From Octopus sinensis (lineage: Eukaryota): DNA of 64,000 bases. Location: positions 67,704,001 to 67,768,000 of the forward strand of contig NC_043001.1 in NCBI RefSeq assembly GCF_006345805.1, read 5' to 3'. The position numbers and the translations under genes were made by a program. Shown here in pieces: positions 10,687 to 23,172 of this stretch (positions are counted from its first letter, which is position 1; the number at the start of each line of letters is the position of its first letter). The notes beneath the pieces are model-generated. The model made no database searches. It saw nothing but the letters and a program-made list of their open reading frames with translations, and had not been told where the DNA came from.

Positions 10687-11899
10687 AGAGAGACTAGCTG
10701 CTATTTCTTACAGATTTCACTATTCCATACATGCTCCACTGCAGCCAGTCGCCTGTTCATATTTAGCCTCATGCCATTTTAAATCAAAGATATTTCAACC
10801 ATAACCATCAAGTCTCACATTTAAAGACAGAATGTCTATAAGTTTATATTAAACATTGTGTACTTCTTCTAAACGACCGTAGCCCTGTGTTTTGACGTCT
10901 ATTTCTAGTAGGTTGAATGATCAAGCAGAGATATTCTTGGCTTTTAAGGAAGTCAGTTGTGTCTAATTCCCTACTTATCTTAGCTAGTTCTATTTATATT
11001 AATGACAAGATTACGGAACATATATCCTTGTGACTGAATGACCAAGCACAAAACATTAGGCCACCAAAGGTAGATATCTTGTCCATAAACAATATTCTAC
11101 CTGCCATTACCCTCTCATCCCTTGACAACCATTATCTTCTTACCTTTGCCATCTCGTTTATTGACATCATTCATGTCCCCCCTTACCAAACATTATCTCA
11201 CCTCCTCTATACTGCTAGCCACTACTCTCTTTTTCCCAGTCCACTCTTTACTGACATCCATCAAACTTTTGTTAACACTTCTATCATTATCCATCTCTTT
11301 CTCCTAAAATGTAACTACCATTACTACTTCTCTTCCGTTACCCATACCATGACTTCTCTCCCGTTACCCATACCATGACTTCTCTCCCATGTACCCTCTT
11401 CCACAATCTCACCTCAATCACTGTTTTCACCCATTATACTGTCTTCTCCCCCTCATCCTAATTCACATTCTGCTATCGAGCACTCTTTAGTCCTTTCACA
11501 ATGCTCTCATAGCATAGAGGAATGAGGTTCCCTTTTGTTTTACATGGTACACAGCAACCTCACAAGTGCTGGTGCTAGATAAAATACATCCAGTACACTC
11601 TGTAAAGTAGTTAGAGAATGAGCAGAGATACTTTAGGGTTGAGAGGACTGCTTGGTCTTTGTCATATTGAGGTCATGTGCTGATGACACAACAAAATACA
11701 CCCACTACATACATTCTTTGAAGTGATTGGTGTTAGAAAAAGTATGCAGCCATAGAAGCCAAATCAAAATAAAATTTATGAGTGAAACTTGATTTCTCAA
11801 AGATGCCTATGTGGCAGTAACTCTGACAACCCGTTCAACCTATGCCAGCATAGAAAGCAAATGTAAAATGAGGATGATGATATGTGTATTTATATATGT

Positions 11900-12157
11900 C
11901 TCATCATCATCATTAAACATCCACCTTCCATACTGGCAAGGGTTGGACGGTTTGACAGGAGCCGGCCAGGCAGGATCCTGTACCAGACTTGTGTCTGTTT
12001 TGGCAGAGTTTTTATGGCTGCATGCCCTTCCTAACACTGACCACCCTGCAGAGTGCTTTTTAAGTAGCACAAGTGCAGGCAAGGTCAGTTTTGGCATGGT
12101 TTTTACAGCTGGTTGCCCTTCCAAATACCAACCACTTTTTAGTGTGGATTGGAGCAC

Positions 12158-12160
<3 letters not shown>
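11900..12160 (-). mobile_element. RTE-related 3' tail fragment
   Basis: CATCATCATTAAACATCC..GGGTTGGACGG..GGATGCCCTTCC-like motifs shared with the LINE 3' end. Confidence 0.6.
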
Positions 12161-12189
<29 letters not shown>

Positions 12190-12557
12190 CATTGTATGAT
12201 ACAAGTAAGATATGTTTTTGAATGCAGAGTTGCCATTAGAACAACAGGAATACTGGGTAAATTACCCTTACAACACTGTAAAATTTGTCAACAACCAGCT
12301 ATGGGAACTCATATCCCTCTAAGACTCTGGTGGTGAACTTGCCAGCAGGCAGTTTAACTTAATGGTAAAGCACTCAGCCAGAGTCTTTGAGGAATATGAA
12401 TTCAAATCCCATGCCTAGTTAACAAATGTTTCTGTCTTTCCAGTATTCCTGCTGTTCTAACAGCAACTCTGGATTTGAAAAATATAATTTTTTTGTATAA
12501 TACACATTTTCAATACTCCTAATAAGAAAATAAATGTTTGTTTACATATATATCTAT

Positions 12558-14403
12558 ATCATCATCATTTAATGTCTGTTTTCCATGCTAGCATGGGTTG
12601 GACGGTTCGACCGGGGTCTAGTAAGCAATAGAGGCTGCACCAGGCTCCAGTCTGATATGGCAGTGTTTCTACAGCTGGATGCCGTTCGTAATGCCAACCA
12701 CTCCGTGAGAGTAGTGGGTGTGTTTTACGTGCCACCGGCCCAGGGGCCGGAGGAAGCTGGCAAACGACCATGATCGGTTGGTGCTTTTATGTGTCACCGA
12801 CACAGCCGCCAGTCAGGTGGCGCTGGCATCTGCCACGTTCAGACGGTGCTTTTTACGTGTCACTGGCACAGGTGTCTTAACTACAATCTCCATTTGATTT
12901 TTATTTTGATGTTGGTGTTGATGTACTTGACTCAATAGGTCACCTCGAGAACAGCGGGTCACTCTACGATCCAGGCGAGCCATGAACTCACTTAATTTTT
13001 TGGGTCTTCACAGTCACAGCATATCTCAGGGGTCTCAGTCTTTGTCATTTCCTCGGTCTTTTCGTCATAGCCTCTGTGAGGCTCAACGTACTAAGGTCAT
13101 GCTTAACCACCTCGTCCCATGTCTTCCTGGGTCTACCTCTACCCCGGATTCCTTCAACAGTTTGGGAGTGGCACTTCTTTACACATCTCTCCTCATCCAT
13201 CCATAGTACATGACCAGACCAACACAATTGTCTCTCCTGCACGCTGCATCTGATGCTTCTAATGCCCAACATTTCTCTCAGGGCGCTTACACTCTGTCAT
13301 GCATGGACACTGACATTACACATCCAGCAGATCATGCTAGCTTCATTTCTTTCGAGCCTAAACATGTCTTCCGCAGTCACAGCCCATGTTTCACTACTGT
13401 GAAGCATAGCTGTTCGCACACATGCGTCGTACAATCTACCTTTCACTCTGAGCGAGAGACCCTTTGTCACCAGTAGGGGAAGAAGCTTCCTAAACTTTGC
13501 CCAGGCTATTCTTATTCTTGTGGTAACACTCTCTGAGCATCCATCCCCGCTACTAACTTGGTCACCTAGGTAGTGGAAACTATCAACTACTTCTAGTTTC
13601 TCCCCTAGGAGTGTAATGGAATCTGTTTTCTGAGTATCAGTGGTGTCTATAGCCCCTGTGCATCTGCCGCACATGAAAGCTATCTTCTCGGTTAATTTTC
13701 CTTTGATATTGCTGCACTACTTATGTGTCCATAGCTTACACTGGGTACATCTTATGGAGTTTCTACCTACACCTTTTCTACAGATCGAGCGGGTGTGTGG
13801 TGAGTTTGCCTTCCTACTTAATAGAACTTTGGTCTTTGCTACATTGACTCTAAGGCCTTTTGATTCTAAACCTAGCTTCCACACACAAAATTTCTTCTCT
13901 AGTTCCAGTAGTGATTCTGCTACGAGGGCTAAGTCATCAGCATAGAGGAGCTCCCAGGGACAACCCGTCTTAAATTCCTCTGTTATTGCCTGGAGGACTA
14001 TGATGAATAGAAGGGGACTGAGGGCTGAGCCTTGATGGACACCAACTTCTACCTGGAATTCACTCATTGCCAATCCTAACTTTACTAACAGCCTCTCTGT
14101 AAAGGGCCTGTACAGCCCTTATTAACCATTCGTCAATCTCCAGTTTCCGCATCGCCCACCAGATAAGGGATTGGGGGACTCTGTCAAAGGCTTTCTCCAA
14201 GTCCATAAAAGCTAAGTATAGGGGTTTATCTTTGGCTAGGTATTTCTCCTGCAGTTGACGAACTATGAATATGGCATCAGTGGTGCTTCTACCCGGCACA
14301 AAACCGAACTGCATCTCATCTAAGCAAGACTCTCTCCTTGATGAGATGGGCTATGACTATCTCTGTGACCTTCATTACCTGATCCAGCAGTTTGATACTC
14401 CTA
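12558..14403 (-). mobile_element. 5'-truncated RTE-clade LINE (reverse transcriptase, C-terminus and 3' UTR), frameshifted
   Basis: QFGFVPGRSTTDAIFIVRQLQEKY..DLEKAFDRVP, GVHQGSALSPLLF, CPWELLYADDL, LEVVDSFHYLG, LHSSETW; (GAT)n tail at ~12558-12568. Confidence 0.92.
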
Positions 14404-15240
14404 TACATACACACTCTTCACCTATGTAATCACACATACTTTTCTTAAATTTTTTTTTTCTTTCTTTCCAGACCTTTCCACTTTCTGATTAAGAGCCATG
14501 TTTGAAACTTTATATGCCCTCTTTTTTTTTCATTTTAAACTGAGTATCAACCTAATACATTTAGCATGTATGTCCTTTTCACTTTTGTTGTGTTTGTTTT
14601 TATTTTTGATTTGTCTTTATATAAAAATTTTTAATCAGGTATACACCTAATAGTATGCCATTTCAAGCCTGTTCACAGTTTTCAGCTATCTGATGTCATC
14701 AACAGTATAGATGTATATCCCACTGGATTTACTTCAGAAATTCCTGCATGTCCGTAGAATTTATAAAATGAGAAAGAAAATGAAATTCACTACGATCATT
14801 TTGACCAAGGCACCAGTGCACAATGGGTCAAAATGATAGTAGTGGGTAATAAAGGGATTTGGGAATTCCATTTTCTTTCTCCCATATATAAATATATATA
14901 TATATACATACATATATGTATGTATATATATACAAACACACATGTGTTGTACTCATAGTTGTAAGATTGTGGTTCCGATTCTTGAACTGGGCAATGTGTT
15001 GTATTTTTGGGCAAAACACTTCATTTTATGTTGCTTTAGTTCACTCATTTGGTAAAAATAAGTGATCCAGTGATGGACTGGTGCTGCATGCAGTTGCCAA
15101 ACTCTTGTTTTTAACAACTTGATAATATAAACATTTAGTATTTAATTTAATATTAGAAGGAATATTTTGTTTTCAGACTGAAAACTGCATAACTGTGACA
15201 AATAATCTCGAAAATTTTTAGTAATTTTCAAATCATTATT

Positions 15241-16040
15241 TAGGCAGTGAGCTGGCAGAAGTTTTTCCTTCAAGAAACATTAAAGTGTTGCCAATATTAA
15301 TATTGAGCTGGCAGAATTTTATGCACGTCAGGCAAAATGCTTAGTGACATTTTGCCCATCTTTATGTTTTGAGTTCAAATTCTGTCAAGGCTGACTTTAC
15401 TTATCCATTCAGGGTTGATAAAATAAAAACCAGTTGAGTGCAGGGATTGATGTAATTGACACCTTCTTCAAAGTTGCTGGCTTTGTACCAAAATTTGAAA
15501 CTAATATAAACATTAGCTGGAGGTGGTAAGCTGGCAGAATCATTACTGCACCGGGAAAATTGCTTAGAGATACTTCATCTTTACAGAGTTGATAAAATAA
15601 GGACTAAGTTGAGCACTGGAGTTGATGTAATTGACTTATTCCTTCTCCTGAAATTGCTGACCTTGTGTCAAAATTAAAACCAATATGGCAGCATTCCTTT
15701 TAGTTTTATGTTCTGAGTTCACCTTTGCCTTACATCTTTTCAGGAAGTTGATAAAATAAAGTGCCAAGCTCTGGAGCTCATGTAAACTGACTCTGTTACT
15801 CCAAAATTTGAAAGAATTATAGGCAGCAAAGTGGCAGAATTGTTAGCGCACTGAACGAAATGCTTAGCAGTATTTCAGCTGTCGCTATATTCTGAGTTCA
15901 AATGCCACTGAGGTTGACTTTGCCTTTCATCCTTTTAGGGTTGATAGTATAAAATACTAGTTGAGCACAAGACTGGAAATGTAACAGATTTCTCCCTCAA
16001 AGTTACTGGTCTAGGACCAAAATTAGAAAGGATTATCATT
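15241..16040 (+). repeat. Head-to-tail array of ~4-5 decayed copies of a ~200-bp short interspersed repeat
   Basis: Recurrent GAGCTGGCAGAA..AAATGCTTAG..TGAGTTCAAAT..GTTGATAAAATAA..GTTGAGCAC..AAAATTTGAAA units starting near 15241, 15303, 15520, 15690 and 15820. Confidence 0.75.
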
Positions 16041-16606
16041 AGTGGCTAGGGGGCTGCATTCACAATTATGAGATTGTGGTTTCAGTTCCTAGACTGGGTG
16101 GTGCATTGTGTCCTTGAGCATCTCACGTTGCTTTGCAATCACTTCAACACCTGTTCAAGCAACATTGATTTGATGGAGAGAGTGAGCTAATATACAGCAC
16201 ATACACTTGATCACTATAAACAAATCATTTGTACAATATGTCACTTTCAATGGGAGAGTCCATTATTATTATTATTATTACAGGTGTACTGCTGTTTCAG
16301 ACTACCATAATTTGCAAGTAGTTGAGAACAGGAACACACACACACACTCATTTGGTATAGCAGAGTGGATGACATTGCTAAGAAATCATGTCCCTTTTGT
16401 GAGAACTTATCATCAAAGTTTTCTTTGGGTTTTAGCCAAAATATTCCATGATTAAACTATCATCAAAGATATTCCTTGTTGTCACACCCACACATTTTTT
16501 AGGTCTGTACAGAAAAACATTATATAATGTCTGGTTCAGTGTTTAAAATAGCAGAGTGCAATGAAAGAAATTTTGCTATTATTCCTAGCTGGTTAAGTAA
16601 CCTTTA

Positions 16607-16992
16607 CTCTTTTACTTGTTTCAGTCTTTTGACTGCGGCCATGCTGGAGCACCACCTTTTAGTCGAGCAAATCAACCCCGGGACTTATCCTTTGTAAGCC
16701 CAGTACTTATTCTATCGGTCTCTTTTGCCGAACCGCTAAGTGACGGGGATGTAAACACACCAGCATCGGTTGTCAAGCAATGCTAGGAGTACAAACACAG
16801 ACACACACATATATATATATATACATATATACGACAAGCTTCTTTCAGTTTCCATCTACCAAATCCACTCACAAGGCATTGGTCGGCCCGGGGCTATAGC
16901 AGAAGACACTTGCCCAAGATGCCACGCAGTGGAACTGAACCTGGAACCATGTGGTTGGTTAGCAAGCTACTTACCACACAGCTACTCCTCCT
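16607..16992 (-). mobile_element. Full-length, little-decayed SINE with internal (TA/CA)n microsatellite
   Basis: Head with GGTTCAGTTCCAC and CTTGGGCAAGTGTCTT (CORE-like), central microsatellite, tail CAGCATGGCCGCAGTC..GAAACAAGTAAAAGAG; many CpGs retained. Confidence 0.85.
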
Positions 16993-18675
16993 CCTTGTAG
17001 AGGATTTCTCATTAATTCATAGGATGACATCTGTTCAAACAAAGTAATTGAATAAAAGAGAGCAGCTACCTGGAATAGAATTAAAACTTTAGTGTTGCCA
17101 TATATCACGGAAATAAAAGAAATACAAAAAGAAACAGAAAAATAAAAAAAAACAAGGTTTTGTCTGATTTTTCATTTCCTCTTTTTAATATCTAAAAAAA
17201 AAAAAAAAAAAAAAACACATTTTTTTCATTGAATTCTACAATGATTTGTGTTCTATATTCTTTTTCTTTTTTCTTTTAATACATTTAGTCCAATGACAAA
17301 CTTTTTAAGGAGAATCAAATCCAAAAAGCAAGCCAAAAAGGACATCACTCGGTTTCTTTTAACATTTAAATTAGAAAGTTTTCATTGAATGCAAAAAAAA
17401 AAAAAAAAGTAACATGTTAGTCTACCATTCATTGTATTTACAGCAGTTAAAATGAAGAACAAGTATACAGAATGACATCACAAGTATTAATGGACTCGTA
17501 CATACATCCATACATACACAAGCAATGATGGACACCCATACATACACACACACCAGAGCAATGACACATGGGATGGGGACCAAGTGATAACCCCTATATT
17601 CCTGGTCCCCCACATACGCACACACAATGTATGATCCTTACACAGAGCTTTTTATTGCTTATTTTTTTCCTGTAACAAAATGACAAAAAATTTTTAATAA
17701 AAAAATTTAAAAAAAAGAGAGTAGGCACCTATCACATGTCTACTTAATGTGTGGACAATTCTCTACAGCTTCTCTTGCTATTGGTGGTCTTTTGTGTGTG
17801 TGTGTGTGTGTGTGTAGATAGGGATGGTGAAAAAAAAATAAAATCGTGGTTACTGTTTTTTCTTTCTTTTCAAATGTTTTGTTTAATTTGTTGTATTGTT
17901 GAGAGTTACTGGAAATGGGGAGGAGAATATGTTACAAAATATAAATTCTGTACATATCTAGCTGGGAAAAAAAAATCCCTGAAATGTGGTGGTGGTGGAG
18001 ATGTTACATTGTGCCAAAAAAAACCCAAAAAAACTCCTGAATTTTAGACATCAATAATGGTAAATCTGGGAGTTTTTTTCTTTTTTCTTTTGCTGCATCT
18101 TGTATAATAGATTTCATCCTAGTATAAATGTGATAATAATGATATAACGCAAAGATATTTATAAGTTCTCCCTTGAATATCCTGTTTTATATATAAAGAA
18201 AACCCATTGGTGGCAGTTCAACCAATACATAATATAGAGATACTGGGTTTATTTTCCTTAGAAAAATAAAAGAATGTATGACATCCTTGCCTGAAGAGTT
18301 TATTAAGTGACATAATATAATATGTGTGATATAGGATATCAAAATGAGGTTTTATACATGGGTAACTGCCACCTGCAATTGCATTATATCAATATAACCT
18401 ACAATTTGGCTGTTATTTCTAATAGGGCAAGCAACCATGGTAAAGGCTCTGTTGCTGGAGTGTCAGATGGCAGTTATATCAATGTCAGATTATCTCAATG
18501 AATGCTTAAGAAGTGGGTTCAAGTTCTAGTTATGGTATCAAATAAACACACGTCTTAAAATATGTCAACTAAATTTCTAAGACCATGACAAATCTCATGG
18601 TGAGGGTAGATTGGATAACCTGGATTGGGTTAGCATTGTGACAAATTCAGGATTAAGAAAGCAAGATTGGTTTTG

Positions 18676-18722
<47 letters not shown>

Positions 18723-21700
18723 CATATCTAAATTATATGAAATAATTATTGCTGGCTTAAAAATCAGAATATAATTTTTTTTAACTCATTAAGTACACTG
18801 ATTATCAACATTATTCAGGCAGCAAAATAAATTTAAAATTGAATTTTCATGCATTTTAAAAAATGGTATGACAATTGGAATTGCTTGTAGAGGTCCTTCA
18901 TACTTAAAGGGTTAACATTTGGTAAATTTTTATGATGTTTAAATGTTTACGATCCATTAACTACTTAACATACATCATCATCATCTTATACATTAGGTGA
19001 GCCTGAAATTTTGTAAATATGATAAGAGTCATTGATATAAAGAGTATGGCACAAAAACCCCACATACTTTACATGGTGAAATTGGGAAGTTTTCTTTTTG
19101 CTGTACTCTGTATGTGTATATCTCCAAACATTTTTCCTACATCAACCATGACAAAAGAGTGGAATCTGTAGCAAGCAGGATGTTATGTGCTTTACTCAAG
19201 TGGTTGAAATAGTAAAACACATGACCATGTTGTTGCTAGTGTTCAACCTAAAATGCCTTTGTTTCCATGTTGCTTCAAGAACAGGCATTCCTCACACTAT
19301 GAGGAATGTTTATTTTGTGGTCATGAACATTTGTTTGAATAAATAAATATTTAGTATATTGTGAGAAATATTGATTAATCTGACAATTGATTGAGATCTC
19401 ATGAGCCAGTGGGTAATGAAGAATATCTTAATTGTTAGGAATATAGCTATTTGTTGCCTTCTCTGGATGCATAAGAAGATTTATGATCAGTGTCACAATA
19501 CAAGCTAATTAGAAGCTAAATCTTTCCACACTAAAAAGTCCAAACAGGTCAGACTTAGACTCCCAGTTTCTGTAGGGATTAGTCAATGAAGATATATTTA
19601 CTCCTGGATAAGCTATAAGTAGATTTTCTTAGACAAGAGAGTGAGAGCTAGCTTGCAGTGCTGAGTTCCCACTACAATGTTCTTGTTGGTTACAACAGTT
19701 GACAATAACACATGAAGATCTCACTAGATCTTAGCATTAAAGCAGCTTAGCATTCCTAGATTCCTGCTACCCACAATTGTCAGTTGAACCTCTTCATGGT
19801 ACCTATTTCACCACGAGCTGAACTGATTCATACTAGTAGCCTTTTTGATCATTCTGACACTAAACTATCTTGACCACTTTAAACTTAATAATTCTACAGA
19901 CATTTGCTAGGAGAAAGCACAATAAGAATACAAAGAGGTGTGTGTGTGTGTGTCTATGTATGTCTGTATGAGTTCTTTGACCATACCCAGAGAATATAGT
20001 TGAAAACAACCATGTCTGCTGAAATGTATGGCACTAACATAATTCTCTAAGACTTGCAAGGAAGTGTGAGAAAAAAAAATCAAGATATAAAATGAACTTA
20101 AAACTATTAAACTGAACCATTTCAAAACAAAAGGCAGATTAGAAATAATAATAATGATGCTGATGGTGATGATGATGATAAACAACGTTGTGTCACTGAA
20201 CCATTTCTCAAAAGAAAAAAAATATTGAAAAAACAAAACAAAGAAATATGTTTGACACTTTCTGACATGAAATGACAATATTTATACCAAACTAAATGGA
20301 ACAAAAGAGTTGTCAGAGAATCTATTGAACCCACTCTTTCTCTCTAGAGACTGTTATTTGTTCTTCTGTACACCTCAGAGAAGTCTGAGAATGAAATTTG
20401 AAACCCAGAAGATAATTTTAATACAATTAAAGAAAAGAGAAAGAAAAAAAAAAGTGTTAACTTTACTGTTCTTTAAATAATGACTTCTTTCTTCAAACAA
20501 ATAAACAGAATATCTTGATATTATTCCAGTACATTGCTGGTACCCACCTTGTATGACCAACAGGATTCAAACTCAGAAATGTGAAGCAATAAATAAATTA
20601 TTTTATTATTAATGGTTTCATCAAATTAATAGGAATAGCAACTTTGACTTTTATAGGGCTCTGGGTAGGGATGAGGAACAGAGGCAGAAATGGGAGAGAT
20701 CTGATCTGTAAAGAAACCCAAAAGCAAGGTGTTAGGGTTAAAATCAGGCAATAGATTAAGCCCACCACTCAACAACAGGTACAGTCCTGCAGTGAGCATC
20801 TACAAGGTTTTTTTTTTACATCTAGTTTCACTGATATAGCTTTGGTAGACTTAAGGCCAAGGTAGAAGACACTTGACCAAGGTACCATGCAACAGAAGTG
20901 AATTGGGAACATATGATAACAAAAGGAACTTCTTAAACATATGACCATGGTTGTGCCATTCAACTAGATAATTTAAAGTTATCTACTGCAGCTTTACATT
21001 TTCCAATATATAATCTTCCACCTTTTCCTAGTTTATAATAAAGAACAGTACCCAGTTTTATAAGGGATCAAATAATACGATTGCTTAAATCAAGCACAGT
21101 AAATATACATACATCACACATATACATGTAAATATATACACATGTACACACACACACACGCATATACATGTATGTGTGTATATGTTTATGTGTACTTATC
21201 TTCTGGAGGAATTAATCTTAAAAAGATATGAGAATGAAACGAATTCACATACACAAACCAATGAAAACAGCAAATAAAACACCGTTCATTTGTTTTACAT
21301 CTGGATTAGATGAAATTGTTTTAAAGCCAGATGCCCTTCCTGTCAGTAACCCTTACCTGATTTTCAAGTTTAGTAGTATAAGTATTATAATTTGGCTGTT
21401 CACAGTCATCACTACATGAATGAGAAATTAAGACTGAAATTTTCTTGAATTTCTCAATGAGATTACTGATAACTAATGGATGGGAAGCAGTTATAACTAA
21501 GAATTGGAACTGTGCTTTAGATAAGCCCTAACAAGAGTTTACTACCTCCTCCCTCTCTCTACATGCACACACACATATATATAGTTGTCTGAGCTTACAT
21601 ATGTAAGAAAAAAAAATAGGCACTCACACATTAAATTATAGAGAGCACATATTTATACAGTATTTATAAATTTAGCCTTGTAATACCCTAGTATTCACCT

Positions 21701-22519
21701 GTGTCTGATGATTGTTCATTTTCCCTTTCCATATTTAGGTTCTTTAACATGAAACTATTAAAGTAACAGAGTATTATAAAAGCCTATAACTAGCTAATGT
21801 TACCTTATGGTTGACAGTTACAACAAGCTACATTCTGAGTTCAAATCTGTTGAGGTCAGTTTTTTTTGGGTTCCTTTAAATACCAGTCAAATACTAGATC
21901 TGATCTCATTTACTGTACCTTTAAGATTAATAGAGAAAGGAGTTGGAAGGAAAGGAGGGGAGAATGTTATAAAGATAGAGAGTGTTTACAGCAAGAGTCT
22001 ACAAAAGTGTGAGCTGATTATATTGTTTATTCCCTCCATGTTTAGAACCATATATGTATAAGATGACTGTCTCACAGACAATATGGTCGTGGGTCAGGTC
22101 ATAAACGATAAGAGAAGATACACATAACAGAAGTTGAAATATTAGTCACAGTAAACCACTTAACAAGATGTGAAGAGACTTTTTTAAATCAAGGTAAGTA
22201 GAAATAAATACATCACTAGCTTAAAGACCCAAAGCAGACCACAGATAAGGAAGCTTATTCAGTAGGCCATAATTCCATCCCTCCCTCACCTAGTAATAAT
22301 ATTGATTGAACTATTGATAATAGGAAGAGAACGATAGATATAGAGAGAAAGAAAAATAAATAATGATGTCAGAAAATGACAATATGTTAAACCATTCCTC
22401 TTCAGCCTAATACATATGGCCAGCTTTTATTCCATTAGAAAAAAAGATAAAAAATTTGAAATTTCAAGGGAGCAAAATTTCTTTGAAATCTTATGCAGAT
22501 ATTTCAGAAGAAAGTAGTT

Positions 22520-22730
22520 AGTATAGTTACTAGTGGTAAAGTAGTTAGTATAGTAGTATAATAGCTAATATGGCTACTTGTGGCACGGTAGTTAATATAG
22601 TAATATAATAGTTAATATAGCCACCAGTAGTATAATAGTTGGTATAGCCACTAGTGGCAGTCAATATAGCTACAAATAGTAGTTCATATAGCCACTAGTA
22701 GTATAGTTGCTGGTATAGCCACTAATATGT
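22520..22730. repeat. Degenerate minisatellite (TAGTTAATATAGCCACTAGTAG-like unit)
   Basis: About 7 variant copies are visible. Confidence 0.6.
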
Positions 22731-23138
22731 TAAGAGATGAGGGACTTAATATCACAGAGGGTTTTCAGTGGTATGTTGTTGCATGGAACTCAAGTGCAGT
22801 GCCATTTAATGGTAATATGGAATTGGTTGGTTGGTTGTCTGGTTGTTTGTTAGAAAGTAAACAAAAATGTGATTTATATACAGCAGTGAAGTTCTGATTA
22901 CCTTGAAACAAAGAATAAAAAGATTTTTAAAAAAACTAGAAAAATGGTTTAAAAAATAAATATCTAGATACTCTAAGAAAATAACAAATATTATGCAAAG
23001 AAGTTGATTTAGTTTTGCTATGGAAGAACAACTGGCAAAGAAATTAAATTTGGGAAAATATTTTGAAATTTCCAGAAGTTTCCATACAAAATTATTTTAA
23101 ATAAACTGTTAATAACTAAAAAAAAAAAAGTCTTTTTA

Positions 23139-23172
<34 letters not shown>

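Noticed and set aside
17570-17612. GGGGACCA/TGGTCCCC hairpin in the putative 3' UTR
   Set aside because: It is a single 8-bp stem with no known motif; chance cannot be excluded without conservation data.
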